Source of the DNA: a virus
DNA: 64,000 nucleotides
Direction: 5' to 3' (one strand)
IMG/VR virus record: IMGVR_UViG_3300028585_000023
Coordinates: 370-64,369 of that record
Part shown: positions 44,908 through 56,500 of the stretch, one piece after another
Numbering within the stretch: position 1 is the first letter of the stretch
How the letters are laid out: every line of letters starts with the position of its first letter
Notes under the pieces: model-generated
Database searches by the model: none
What the model was told of the DNA's origin: nothing
What the model saw: only the letters and a program-made list of their open reading frames with translations
Program-made: the position numbers and the translations under genes

Positions 44908-46338
44908 TTACCGTGGTTTAGCTGAACACAGTCGACGAATCCACGCCCTGATTGGGTGGTCACGTTCAAACTGTTCTTGCCTCTTCTGCTCAATAAGCCT
45001 TTCTTGTTTCAGTGCCGATTCCGTTTCGTACTGACGATGCTGTTCTTCGAAGAGCTGATCTCTAGCCTGCTGCGACAACAACGGGTTATTCATGTCGTGA
45101 CCAAGTTTAATCCGCTCTTTGAGTTCTTCTACCTGCATTGCCAATGTTAAATGACGTTGCGTATAAGGAATGCCAGCCGGCAGAACACGCCATGCATTTT
45201 CATGGTAAGTGTACAGCTGTTTTTCATTTAACCAAACATCACCATCTTCCGGGTCAAGACCATCCCATTGATAGCACGCATCGCGATAATGCAACGGTCC
45301 CATGACGACCATAGGTGCCCGTTTTCCCTCTGGGAACATAGAACGTTCCGGTAACTCAATTTCAACCAAAAAACCATACTGGTTATATAAAGAGTGTTTT
45401 CCGTCAGATTCTACAACGATCCAGCCACAACCATTTGGTTCACAAGGAAGGGCGTCAACATCACGGCGATAGACCCCCTGCATCGGAATGGGTTCTAATG
45501 CTTCCGGTGGGTAGAAGTTGAAAGGTACGTCATCACTTCCCGGAGCGCATTGGATTACCACAAAACGATTAACAATGGCATTGTAGATATACATGAAGTT
45601 ATCGACGAGATATGCATCACCCGTTTTGTGAGGTCCACGCAAGCGCAGGACATCAATACCGGATAACATGCTGCCTCGATAATTAAATGCAATCTTACCG
45701 ATAGGTATCCACATCCGTTCAGCGTCGAATACAAACTCATTGAATTCACTGTCAATCCAGTTATCGCCGGGTGACGGTGGCTTATCGGTGTTTACCGCAA
45801 AGCGTGCCGATATATCCAAATCTAAATACGGCATATATGGTTTCTCCTCGGCTAACCATCTATTAACGTACTCCCCAACCATATTAGCAGGAACATATTG
45901 TTCTGAGTTGAGCAAATAATCTTCACCCATGTGACGGTAAAACAACTTCAGAGTATTGCCGTCAACCATGCCATATTCTTCTGTTGGCTGGGCGTAGACA
46001 TACACGGAGTCATCAGGGATAAGCTCAAAACTATACTGCCCATACAGCAACCCGAGTACCTTCGGTCCTTCTATCCGATTAGAGAGCGATAGCCAGGCAT
46101 TGTCGCGATAGGTCGCCATTGGTTCATTTAAAGAAGCGAGAGTACCCTCAGGGATCGCAATCACATAATCCATCAGAGGTGCCCATCTTATTTTTTGTAC
46201 CGTTGAGACATGGCTGATGAACGACCAGCCGTAATCACCACCCCGATACAGACGCTCGCCATCATTAAAGATGGCACCTGGGAGGGCATTGAGCGGGAGC
46301 TCCGGTCCAAAGTAGAGATTAGCGGGAATGTTTGACAT
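44908..46338 (-). CDS. Protein with repeated GD-aromatic modules and C-terminal coiled coil
   Basis: GAIFNDGERLY, GDNWIDSEFNEF, GDAYLVDNFMY, GDVWLNEKQLY; likely start MSNIP at 46338. Confidence 0.7.
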   Translation of the reverse strand: MSNIPANLYFGPELPLNALPGAIFNDGERLYRGGDYGWSFISHVSTVQKIRWAPLMDYVIAIPEGTLASLNEPMATYRDNAWLSLSNRIEGPKVLGLLYGQYSFELIPDDSVYVYAQPTEEYGMVDGNTLKLFYRHMGEDYLLNSEQYVPANMVGEYVNRWLAEEKPYMPYLDLDISARFAVNTDKPPSPGDNWIDSEFNEFVFDAERMWIPIGKIAFNYRGSMLSGIDVLRLRGPHKTGDAYLVDNFMYIYNAIVNRFVVIQCAPGSDDVPFNFYPPEALEPIPMQGVYRRDVDALPCEPNGCGWIVVESDGKHSLYNQYGFLVEIELPERSMFPEGKRAPMVVMGPLHYRDACYQWDGLDPEDGDVWLNEKQLYTYHENAWRVLPAGIPYTQRHLTLAMQVEELKERIKLGHDMNNPLLSQQARDQLFEEQHRQYETESALKQERLIEQKRQEQFERDHPIRAWIRRLCSAKPR

Positions 46339-46639
46339 GCGTCTCTCCAAAGGTTGCTTCGCCATTTTCCATCAATGCCAGTTGTTCCGAGTAGACAACC
46401 TTGACCGTCCCTCGATCAACTTCGCAGGTAACACTGAGTTGGTCAACGTACGGCGCAATCGCCTTAAGGGGGTAGTTAGCAATCAAGTCTTTGATACACT
46501 CGTTATAACGAATCTCTGCCATGACTGCCATCGACTCAACGCTCGAACTCATCGATTGTTCAAAGTAATCTTCAAAACACTGCTCTAACTTACCTGCTAC
46601 TGCTTGGAAAAAGAAACGCTGCTGATCAGGAGACAACAT
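46319..46639 (-). CDS. Hypothetical protein
   Basis: 106 aa ORF. Confidence 0.65.
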   Translation of the reverse strand: MLSPDQQRFFFQAVAGKLEQCFEDYFEQSMSSSVESMAVMAEIRYNECIKDLIANYPLKAIAPYVDQLSVTCEVDRGTVKVVYSEQLALMENGEATFGETHVKHSR

Positions 46640-46650
46640 ACCAAAGCCCT

Positions 46651-46674
46651 CATAAAGGGGAGGTTACCCTCCCC
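46651..46674 (-). terminator. Hairpin + TTTATG terminator after sbcC
   Basis: GGGGAGGG-TAA-CCTCCCC then TTTATG. Confidence 0.75.
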
Positions 46675-46678
46675 ATGG

Positions 46679-49183
46679 TTATTCTATCTCGACATGCTCA
46701 TTATAGTGTTCAGGTAAGGCAACCCCGTCGACAGTCAGAGCACAGGTTTCAGCATGAGTCAGTACACCGTGGTTTGCGATGTAATGCGAGATCAGAAAGA
46801 TCTGCGAATACGTACCTGAGTCAGCTGCACGCTTAATGTAGTTCATTAATGCTGGGCGGTGCGCCACATCAAAGTTAGCACCCGCCTCATCCATATGCAA
46901 CGGATACTGCTCAAAACCCAGATACGACATAACCACCAATCGGAATACATAGTTGATGATCTGTGCCTCACCTGTTGAACTGTCAGAGATATCCTTCGCA
47001 CCGCCATCAAACTCACCTGAGATCAATGGGAACTTAAAGGATAAATCCCCGTTCTCCATATTGCAAGGTAGGATACGTAATGTATCCCCCCAGATCTCTT
47101 CAATGATTGTATTCATCTCATCGACAAACGTACCAATGAAATCAGAGAGCTCTTCTGCAACAATGCCTTCAGTTGGTGAGGTTGCCTTCACCAGAAGCTG
47201 CAAGGCCTTCTCTGAGGCGTTAAGTGAGGTAAGATGGGATTCCGTGCTACTGATGGTTCCTTCAAGCGAGCGTGCGTTATAGAGCCCCGCATTGATCGCT
47301 TTATGTTGCTCACCCAATTCACGGTATTCATTATTCGCTGCATCATTAATAGCTTGACGCGCTAAGAGCCCAGTGTTCTCCCGAATACGTGCCATGGTTG
47401 TCTGCAGGATCTCTGAGGCAACGACGGCGTCATCAGCTTTACGCAGGTCGGCTTCTAAGCGAGCGATATCACGCTGCACCACACGCATCTCATTGATGGT
47501 CTTGGACAACGCTTCTTCGTGCTCGCTATGTCGTCGTTTCCACCATTCAATCGCATCGTCAGTAAACAGTTTGAGTTTGTTTTCAATCTGTACTAAACGC
47601 TGCGTATCAGATAGATGGTTCTCACGAGCCTGGATACCATGCTTGATCGCAGGAAGTACAGTCGCAAAACGACGGTTACCTTCATACAAGACATCGTTTG
47701 CCAGTAACCACTCAAAGATCTCACGACACTCCGGCATTGAGTCGGTATAGCGCAGGTAACGCACTGCTGCTTGATACCATGTCTCATTGCTTGCCAGGTA
47801 TTCATTACATTTCGCTAAACGATCACGGCGGGTTGCGAGCTCTACAACCAATGTGGTGTGTTTGGTGCGAATATCTTCAACTTGATGCTCAGTAACGCCG
47901 GGTATCCATTTATGATGACAGGCTGGGCATTCGGTTTTATCCGCGTTATTGAAATGATTAAGCTTGTGCGTGTACTTCGCATCATCTTGCTCAAGCACTT
48001 CAATGGCCGAAGTGAGTTCATACTGCAAACGACGTACTTTGTCATATTGCGTAATTGTCACTGTACGGTCATCTAAGACCACCATGCGTAACAGGTAGTC
48101 AATGAGCTGTTCTAATTGCGATAACAGCACACGGACCGATTCATACGGCATTTGATACATCTTCTGCCATAGAGGATCATTACCTAAACGAGCAATAGCA
48201 TCTTCGTGGATAATCCGACTCTGTTCAATCAGTTCGGCGACCTGCAGCTTCGAGGCTTCCAGCTCCGCTTTATCTTTCTCAACATTTCCGCTGCTAAAGG
48301 CTTCATTCTTTGCAAGTTCAGATAACTCGTTAGAATGGGTCTTATGCGCATATTGCAGTTTACTGAGTTCACCACGACTGTATTCGAGTTTAGACAAGAT
48401 CTCGCCACGTGAGGTGTATTGTTGAGAAAGGGATAACGGTGAACGCTGGTATTGGTCGCCCATCTGTCGTAATGTCACCACATCATCATCAATGTGCTGC
48501 TGATAGTTGATACCCGAGATCTCATTACTTACAAACTGGGCGATGCGGTCACGACGAGATTGTATCTGGTCAAGCTGTCGTTGTTGACCTTCGATATCCA
48601 TCCCGTCTTTACGCTGGCCATAAAGTTCAGTCAGATGACTGTTACCTGTTTTAATACCGCCTTTGGTATCACGTAGTACAGTTTTTAACAACTGATGTAA
48701 TTCCGTGACAAACGACATGTCTGTCGGATGGAGCATGGTAAACCACTCGCGACGTTTCTGCGGTGTCATGCTAGTAAAGGCAACGCCATTGACCATCCCA
48801 AGCAATAACTCATGGATCTCTTTGGTATAGCCGAAATGTTCTTTGACCAAAATGCTCTGTGCGTTCATGGTCATGGATTCATTAAGCTCGACATCAATAC
48901 CATCGCGCTTAACTTTGAAACTGTGACGAGACGGTGAACCCGGTGTGGAATAGAGTTCGTACTCAACGCCTTTATGCTCAATGACGATGTGCTTATAACC
49001 GCCTTTGTCATATTCGTCGTTAGCAGGAGGCAGTGGTGAAAGCTCTCTTACTAAAGAGGACTTGCCACTACCGTTCTTACCCAGAATTACCTGCACAGTT
49101 TCAGTGAACCGAATGCTGATGCGGTTGATTCCTTTATTCTTCAACCGCTGGTAATTGTATAGTTCGATAAATTTTATCAGCAT
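46679..49183 (-). CDS. sbcC: SbcC/Rad50-like SMC-family ATPase
   Basis: Walker A GKNGSGKSS, long coiled coils, zinc hook CPAC, signature SSTGE, Walker B HMDE, D-loop ANFD, ISH. Confidence 0.92.
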   Translation of the reverse strand: MLIKFIELYNYQRLKNKGINRISIRFTETVQVILGKNGSGKSSLVRELSPLPPANDEYDKGGYKHIVIEHKGVEYELYSTPGSPSRHSFKVKRDGIDVELNESMTMNAQSILVKEHFGYTKEIHELLLGMVNGVAFTSMTPQKRREWFTMLHPTDMSFVTELHQLLKTVLRDTKGGIKTGNSHLTELYGQRKDGMDIEGQQRQLDQIQSRRDRIAQFVSNEISGINYQQHIDDDVVTLRQMGDQYQRSPLSLSQQYTSRGEILSKLEYSRGELSKLQYAHKTHSNELSELAKNEAFSSGNVEKDKAELEASKLQVAELIEQSRIIHEDAIARLGNDPLWQKMYQMPYESVRVLLSQLEQLIDYLLRMVVLDDRTVTITQYDKVRRLQYELTSAIEVLEQDDAKYTHKLNHFNNADKTECPACHHKWIPGVTEHQVEDIRTKHTTLVVELATRRDRLAKCNEYLASNETWYQAAVRYLRYTDSMPECREIFEWLLANDVLYEGNRRFATVLPAIKHGIQARENHLSDTQRLVQIENKLKLFTDDAIEWWKRRHSEHEEALSKTINEMRVVQRDIARLEADLRKADDAVVASEILQTTMARIRENTGLLARQAINDAANNEYRELGEQHKAINAGLYNARSLEGTISSTESHLTSLNASEKALQLLVKATSPTEGIVAEELSDFIGTFVDEMNTIIEEIWGDTLRILPCNMENGDLSFKFPLISGEFDGGAKDISDSSTGEAQIINYVFRLVVMSYLGFEQYPLHMDEAGANFDVAHRPALMNYIKRAADSGTYSQIFLISHYIANHGVLTHAETCALTVDGVALPEHYNEHVEIE

Positions 49184-49197
49184 GATGGCTCGGCCGC

Positions 49198-49392
49198 TTA
49201 TGAGTTGATAGTGATGTTGGTTCCGTCAAAGATTAATTGGTTACCAACTGAAGCCACTTCACCGTTAACGATAAAATGCTGGACGTTTGTACCGGAGTCG
49301 CCATGAACAATCACGGTGCCTTCAAGAATTGCTTGGGAGAGCCACTCAGGAATCTGTTGTGGTTCGCCTTTAATAAAGAATACGTCTTTCAT
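49198..49392 (-). CDS. Small hypothetical protein
   Basis: 64 aa, AGGA SD. Confidence 0.65.
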   Translation of the reverse strand: MKDVFFIKGEPQQIPEWLSQAILEGTVIVHGDSGTNVQHFIVNGEVASVGNQLIFDGTNITINS

Positions 49393-49466
49393 GATCGTTT
49401 CCTGTTTAGATTCGGTCTACGTTATACCATGATCGAACTACGTAAAAAATAACATTAGGGTTTGCT

Positions 49467-50405
49467 ATGGCCAGTAACATTTCCGTCTTGAAGTTTTATT
49501 CAATGGGTATCGTTGCCGCCCCTAAGGACACGAACAGCAAAGAGATCCAGGTTATCCCACGTGAAACCCAGCCAATGATGTCAGGTACGGCGGATGTGAA
49601 TCCCCAAGTCATGACGTATAAAGGAAAGGATTCAAATGGAAACGCGATTGAAGACAAGGTTGTAACCAACTCTTCAATGTCAGCGATCTGGTTCCCGTTT
49701 CGTTCTAACCGCGTTACCGCACCTGATGTAGTTAAAGGTGAACGTGTTGTTATCTGGCAAGTGGGTGATGAAGACAAATACTACTGGACAGAGTCAGGAC
49801 TTGATGACAACCTGCGCCGGTTAGAAACCATCGTCATTGCAATCAGTGGGTCACCCGCAACGACTGAAGATAAGAACATAGGTGAAGGTGATTGGTACTT
49901 CATCGAATGGTCATCTCATAAGAAGCACTTTATGATGTCCAACTCAAAAGCCAACGGAGAACAAGTTCAGTATGTCATTAAAGCTGACTACGGTGAAGCG
50001 ATCTTCTCCCTTGCCGATGACTTGGATAACAACCTGGTATTGGATTCACTGAATGCCTTATGGCAGATCACTAACACCGACAAGTGTTTGATCACCATGA
50101 GTAAGAAGAACATCGAGATCATCGCACAGGAAAATTTCAGCCTGACTGCACAGAAGATGATCAAGATGCTTTGTCAGACCATGCAAATCCAGGCCAATGA
50201 CACCTTCCAGTTAAAAACCAATACCACCTCAATCGACTCACCGGGTGGTGTTACCATCAACGGGGATATCCACCATATCGGATTGATCGATACCTCAGGC
50301 GGATTAACCACCCCTGCTGATGTTATGGCTGGCGGGATATCGTTGAAGGGACATAGGCACGGTGGCGTGCAAAGTGGTGGTTCACAAACATCGGGTCCAA
50401 TATAA
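49467..50405 (+). CDS. Baseplate central spike (gpV/gp138-like)
   Basis: OB-like N-terminus, beta-helix repeats, C-terminal GGISLKGHRHGGVQSG apex with HxH metal site. Confidence 0.85.
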   Translation: MASNISVLKFYSMGIVAAPKDTNSKEIQVIPRETQPMMSGTADVNPQVMTYKGKDSNGNAIEDKVVTNSSMSAIWFPFRSNRVTAPDVVKGERVVIWQVGDEDKYYWTESGLDDNLRRLETIVIAISGSPATTEDKNIGEGDWYFIEWSSHKKHFMMSNSKANGEQVQYVIKADYGEAIFSLADDLDNNLVLDSLNALWQITNTDKCLITMSKKNIEIIAQENFSLTAQKMIKMLCQTMQIQANDTFQLKTNTTSIDSPGGVTINGDIHHIGLIDTSGGLTTPADVMAGGISLKGHRHGGVQSGGSQTSGPI

Positions 50406-50409
50406 AGAC

Positions 50410-50445
50410 GGCATAGAGGAGAGGGCAAACGCCCTCTCCTTATGC
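50410..50445. terminator. Bidirectional terminator with TATGC on both strands
   Basis: GGCATAG-AGGAGAGGGC-AAAC-GCCCTCTCCT-TATGC between convergent genes. Confidence 0.85.
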
Positions 50446-50450
50446 TGATC

Positions 50451-53400
50451 TTAGTTACGCCAAGCGAAGTTACCTGCGCCTGATGGCACCCCAGTGGAGA
50501 TTGGGATGGCCGAACCAATGCGATTCGCTGATAACTCAAAAGTCTCTACACGCACTTTCTTGTTAACGCTGATCGATTGGATTTGAGTGCTGTTGGTAAC
50601 AATACTGCCGATATACATTAGAGTCATTGACGGGGCCTGTGCCTGGGTCGTGATGAGATACGACACTTGCTCGTCAACCAGCTGCACGTACAGATAGAAC
50701 GTCGTGTTTGCTGGATTGGCTTGGATGCTACGCAGATCGATGTTACCGGCCGGAAGGGTGTATTCGTTACCCGCTAAGAACACTTGGGTCGGTGCCGTAA
50801 AGTAAACGAGGTAACCCTGCTCAACCTGTTGCGCAGCCAGGATAAACTTCCCACGAGAAGTCCAGTTAATGAACTCTTGATAGGTCGTTGCCATGGAATC
50901 CATGACCATGACTGCAGTGGCGTTATTACGGTTGGTCGCATAATCCATTACACAAATACCAGATCCCGGTACAACTAATGGCGTTGGGTTATCAGCCGTT
51001 GGGTAATACCCGTGGTTAAACCGTTTCACCGTACTGTCTTCGATGGTCCCAGTACCTGCACGAATTGCCGCATACCACACATAGCTGTAAATACCGCCAT
51101 ACGTTTGATGGTTAGGTGGGCAACCAATTCCTAAGAGGTAATCACCTGCCGCAGTCTTGTAGATATTTAAACCACCTTGACCGGCGAGCTCCATGGTAAC
51201 GCCCGATGGTTGCTGTTCTTCAATGCGTCTGTCGATTACACGTTTGATGGTGTAACCTGTTACACTGCCTGAACGAGATCCAGTGTAGTTAAGTTCAACT
51301 AACGCAAATGCAGCACGGTAAGCAAGACCATCATCACGCAGGACTTCACCGTTACACACCATGATCAATGGCACCGCCGTATCTTGCGGAACATAGATCA
51401 GCCCCATGTTCAGTGTTGGGGCTTTACCGAGCACTTGGGTAATGGCCGCTTTCGCCAACGCGTTCATCTCTGCTTTATCAAAACTGAACGAACCCGTCAT
51501 GTTCAGATTAGCATCAATGTCAGTGCAACCAACCCAACTGGTTGACTTATCGTTATCTTCCCAGATTACAGAAGGTGACGAAATGATGTTACCTCCACTG
51601 TCCACTTGGGTAATTACGTGTGCAAAGCGATAACGATCGATCGCTGTCCGTGCAGCCGGGATTTCAGAACGATTGCCATTAGGCGCGAAGCCATTGATTG
51701 TACGACCATCCAGTAGTTTATACGGGAAGTTTGCATTACCTGTTATGACAACACGTTTTGTGGTGCCGTAGGTGTAATAACCGACTTCCTTATACTTCGT
51801 ACCGGTTAACAACAATCCAAATCCTCGGAGCAGCTGAGGTTTCATGAAGTTGTTGGTCAACGCACTGCCTGTTACCAATGGATCGTTAACCTGGGTAATC
51901 AACCGAGTGACCCGACTCCGCTCACGCATTGCATCGAAGCGGGAGACAAAGTTAAGGATCTGACCTTTACCGTACAACGGGTTCTCGTCTGGCTGATTAC
52001 CTGACATACGGGTTAGCAAATAACCACGGTTAGTAACAAGCGTGTTATGATGTCGGTTACCGCCCATCATATCCATGCCAGTTGCTGTCGTTGAACCTGT
52101 CTGCAAAGGTGAACTGATCGGCGCACTGTATTGGTTGCCAGAAATGGTGATTGGCCCAGGGCTATCTTCCACCACGGATGTTTTGGCAGTCGTATCGATC
52201 AAAATAGAGAAGGCAATTGGTGCTAGACCGGTCCCGCCTGCTTTGGCTTGTGAATAGGTAGTGTGGTGATAATTCACACGTACCTGATTCGGGTTGGCTG
52301 GATTCACCGCTGATTGCAAACGACGTTGGGCATTCTGTATGTTGATCGCGAACAACTGTTTATTGGTAACATAAACGTACGGGTTGTTGTTAGCGTCGGA
52401 GCTTGACCACTGCGCTGCAATCAAGACGTCAGCATTCGTAATACTGCGGCCATACACATCTTTACATGACCAATTCGTAACCGGTTCTAAAGTGACAGTA
52501 CCACCGGCCTGAATTGCCGAGATAGCCACACGCCAAACTACCAGCCTAGCTGAATCAGTACGTTCCGCATTACCGTTCGCATCTGGGGTAACCGTCACGA
52601 AATCTTCAAGTCCGCCAAAGATATAAACGTAGGTACCGACAATTGCTGCGGTCATAAAGCGGATATGGTAGTTCCCGTTAGCCATACCGGCAGCTTTATA
52701 GTAAGCGGTGTAATGTTTACTGACATCAAAGGTACCGTTAGTCAGTGAGATAAAACGATCGACACTGCTTGATCCTTTAATCGCACCCAGCAACACTTCA
52801 GAGTCATTGTTGTAGATGTCAGAACAGTATGTTCCAGCCGGAAGGTTAGGTGGCACGTATTTAAAGTTTGTACGAATTGGACTGGTGCTGTCAATGCGAT
52901 CTTCAGCAGATGGCAGATAGAAGTAATACAAACCTTCTGAGGTACCCGTTGCGCCGTAACGCAGACCCACCATGGTGCCGTCATCTTCAATGATCATCGG
53001 ACCACAAGAGTTACCTGACAACTGACCAGAACCTTCAAACGAACCTGAGATATCCGGTGGTAAAAAGGACAATGAACCGAACGCTGAAATCGGGTTAATC
53101 CCCTGGTGATGCAAAGATGAACCGAAGTCACCAAATACCTTCGACGCTAAAGCATTATATCCCGGCGGGGTGATAAACAGATTGTCATACTCGCCTTCAC
53201 CTGCTTGAGCAACTGTCGCGGTCTTAAAGTTATCCACCAGACCAAAACCAATTTGAGTCGCGTTGACTTTATGGATATTGGTGCGGTTACTCGCATGGGC
53301 GTTCAGGTTAGACTGGGCTTCGGTGACCAACATCTCAACCGTGTTGGTAAAGTTGGTCATCACCCCCGCAGCTAAGTCGTATTGCGAATAACGTGCGTTT

Positions 53401-53480
53401 TGTAATTTCCAGGTGAGTGCTTCAATCGAGGCATAAAACGAACCCCAACTACCCGGATCAACCGTCAGGTTGTCGCTCAT
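50451..53480 (-). CDS. Tail fibre/baseplate protein (phiKZ gp131-like family)
   Basis: Start MSDNLT at 53480 (AAGGAG SD); C-terminal ...YLYVQL...GSAIPISTG.P module shared with the next two genes. Confidence 0.75.
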   Translation of the reverse strand: MSDNLTVDPGSWGSFYASIEALTWKLQNARYSQYDLAAGVMTNFTNTVEMLVTEAQSNLNAHASNRTNIHKVNATQIGFGLVDNFKTATVAQAGEGEYDNLFITPPGYNALASKVFGDFGSSLHHQGINPISAFGSLSFLPPDISGSFEGSGQLSGNSCGPMIIEDDGTMVGLRYGATGTSEGLYYFYLPSAEDRIDSTSPIRTNFKYVPPNLPAGTYCSDIYNNDSEVLLGAIKGSSSVDRFISLTNGTFDVSKHYTAYYKAAGMANGNYHIRFMTAAIVGTYVYIFGGLEDFVTVTPDANGNAERTDSARLVVWRVAISAIQAGGTVTLEPVTNWSCKDVYGRSITNADVLIAAQWSSSDANNNPYVYVTNKQLFAINIQNAQRRLQSAVNPANPNQVRVNYHHTTYSQAKAGGTGLAPIAFSILIDTTAKTSVVEDSPGPITISGNQYSAPISSPLQTGSTTATGMDMMGGNRHHNTLVTNRGYLLTRMSGNQPDENPLYGKGQILNFVSRFDAMRERSRVTRLITQVNDPLVTGSALTNNFMKPQLLRGFGLLLTGTKYKEVGYYTYGTTKRVVITGNANFPYKLLDGRTINGFAPNGNRSEIPAARTAIDRYRFAHVITQVDSGGNIISSPSVIWEDNDKSTSWVGCTDIDANLNMTGSFSFDKAEMNALAKAAITQVLGKAPTLNMGLIYVPQDTAVPLIMVCNGEVLRDDGLAYRAAFALVELNYTGSRSGSVTGYTIKRVIDRRIEEQQPSGVTMELAGQGGLNIYKTAAGDYLLGIGCPPNHQTYGGIYSYVWYAAIRAGTGTIEDSTVKRFNHGYYPTADNPTPLVVPGSGICVMDYATNRNNATAVMVMDSMATTYQEFINWTSRGKFILAAQQVEQGYLVYFTAPTQVFLAGNEYTLPAGNIDLRSIQANPANTTFYLYVQLVDEQVSYLITTQAQAPSMTLMYIGSIVTNSTQIQSISVNKKVRVETFELSANRIGSAIPISTGVPSGAGNFAWRN

Positions 53481-53496
53481 GACAACTCCTTTCAAA

Positions 53497-53520
53497 ATAA
53501 AAGGAGGGGTTTCCCCCTCC
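53497..53520 (-). terminator. Intrinsic terminator between tail paralogues
   Basis: GGAGGGG-GAAA-CCCCTCC then TTTTATTTT. Confidence 0.8.
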
Positions 53521-53525
53521 CGACA

Positions 53526-56500
53526 TTACGTCTGACTCCAGTTACCCGTTTGTTGCGGCAGTCCCGTCGACACAGGAATAGATGAACCTGCTTTGATTGC
53601 AGAGATCTGATACTTATTGATCCCTGAACGCTTCGTGATGTTGATCGAGTTGATCTGTGAAGTGTTCGTTGCAACCGTCCCGATAAACATACGGGTCGTT
53701 TCAGCAGTTAATTCCGTAGCCGAAATGGTGTACTTCGCTGTTGTCGCATCCACAACCTCAATGTAAACATAATAGGTTGTGCTTGCTGGGTTAGCTTTTA
53801 TCGTACGCAGGTCAATGCTGGTAATTGGAATGGTGTATTCACGACCACCCAGGATGATTGGGATAGGTTCTGCAAAATACAGAATCCAACCTTGCTCTAC
53901 AGTTTGTGATAACAACACTGAGGTCCCGTTGCCCGGAATGGTCCATTGGCGAATCGTATCAAAGTTCTCACCTTGTGCGGCTAACACAATGGCACACGGG
54001 CCTACTGCTGATTGCGCACTTGGCGTAACCGGGACAGTATAGTTGGTGTCCGAATAAGTAACAAACAAACCTTTACCCGGAAGTGCAAAAGGGGTGTTTG
54101 ATAACAGATCGACATACGGTGAGACAAAGTACTGGTTTGACGGATTGCCTGAGATGCGTCCATTCGTCATCTTCAGATACACTAACGGCAGGTTGTTAGC
54201 AGGACCCACGGTGTATGGGCAATAGAAACCACCCATGGCAACGATGTATTCACCACCGACTTTATACGTCAGCATACCAAACGTCGTCAGGATACGAGAA
54301 ATATCCGTTGTACCGACAGACTGAGGCTTGCTGATAATATCATCGAGGTTAGCTGTCCAGCCATTTAACACACCGTCACGTGCACCGCCGTAAGACACGG
54401 TAGCGATGGCTGTGATGGTATCGGTAATGCCGTTGGCCTGCGCCGGTGTGAAGCCTACCACCTTAAGCATCAGTGACATTCCGCCATCCGTTGGGACAAA
54501 CAGTATGCAGCGATACTTAGCCGCAGTGATACCCAGCTGGTTAAGTACCCGTTGGCCTTGAGCACGCAGATAGTTCACATCGGTACTGATCGCACCTGAC
54601 GTGGTCAACGTAGGATCAATATTTGCAGGACCAGTTGGTGCATCATCAGAGATTGCGCGACAATGCGTAACAACCGACGCTCCATTGATCTCAGTGATGA
54701 TCTCACGACTAGGGCGATCCACTGTGGCTCTAACTCGATCGTTAGAAGGCTGGAAACCCTGAACATTACCGAGGCCAATCAGCTTATACTGGAAATCACC
54801 ATTACCCACGAGAGGCTGAGAAGCAAAATAAGTATTTGTTCCATCAAACGCCCAGAAGCCCAATCGGTTGTTCGGGAAGAGAATCGGACATCGCAGGTTA
54901 CCTTTCGCTTCGGATCCGTAGGAAGTACCGTCACCAATAGTGCGGAACAGGACGTTGGTGTAAGCCGCTGGATTACGCCAGTACGTATCGGCATCAACAA
55001 AGTTTGGGATCTGCTGAATATCGATGCGCATTCCGACGTTTGACGCCTGCTGACGACTGGTACAAATTGAGAAGCCTTTCTTTGTAATCAGTCGACTACC
55101 GTGGTAATCGCCGCTCAGTGCAGCAGTCCCGTCATTAACACCACGCAGTTTAAAGTAGTTGAGGTTAGAACCATTGGTTACCACCGTCATCTTCAACGTA
55201 CTGCTTGTGTCATCGACCACGGTAAACGGGTTCATGGTATCGGCAGGTCTGGCGGTCTTGGCATTAACATCAATAATAAAGCGAATGGGGAACACTGAAA
55301 TATTAGAGTTGTTACGCCCGTCGACGTTAATGGTGAAATCCACTAACATTGTCAAGGTGCCGTCACTGTTCGCCACCATCTTACCGTAACCGCCTGGCCA
55401 TGAGCGGTACTGTGCTTTGGCGTATTGATTGCCGTTATACTGCACCAGGACGTGCTGGTTAGAGCGTCCGATTACCTGATCACAGATCTGCATACTGCGG
55501 GCAGCAGTACGGACTTGACCGAGGAACGTAGTTGCCCAGCCTGTGATCTGTGTAAACGTAACCGCAGCGCCAGCGATAATATCCGCAACGTTGATATACC
55601 CCAGGTAGATCTGTGGGATCGCGTTGTAAGAGATCGCCCCGCCGGCTTCCATGGTTGTGGCAATGTTCGGGTTCTGATGAATCACGTAGATCCGCGAACC
55701 GACCATACACAACTGCGTCCACGACGGGCTGAACTCTTGTGTTGAACCATCGTCCATGGTGAAGAACGCGTTACTGATCTGGGCGCAGTTATGTTTGGTA
55801 CTATCCAGTGTGCCGTTGGTCAGGGCAATCCAGTATTTGTAATCACTGGTTGCCGGCAGAGCAGCCTTGTTGTACATGATACCGGCGATCACATCACCCT
55901 GGCAGTCAAACAAACGTGCCGGGATATATGCCTGGTCTAAACCAGATGGCGTATATTTGTTGTTGGTGTTGGTGACCGTAAAGGTATTGATGTTACGGTG
56001 AATGTTAGTGACATAATCGTAATACAACGCGATCGATTCGCCGTTCGTACCAGGACGAAGACGAATATACGTACCGTCATTCTCAACCACCTGAGCGTAA
56101 TGGTCATGCGCATCTACCATCGACGCCCCTTCAAACGAACCGATGATACCCGGTTGTAAGAAGTTCAGGTTACCAAACCGTGTAACAGGCAGGTTGCCCT
56201 GATGTACTAAGTTTGAAGAATACCCTTGCAGTGCGTTGGCAAGAATGTCCTGCGCACCTTTTACCGTCAGACGTAGATCAGGTCGCAAACCTTCAACAGC
56301 TTGAATGCTATCAGCGGTCGCCAGGTTCTGTAGTTTTGCGATACCAAAGGTTTTAGCGGTATCGGCATGTGGATTGCCGTCTTCAGTGGAATGCGTCAGG
56401 ATTTCACCGTTGATGCTTGCCTGTAGATCTTTGATCTGGTTGAGTACAACGGCAACCTTGTTGGTGAACCCTTCGTAGTTCAGGTTCTCGCCACGCAAGA

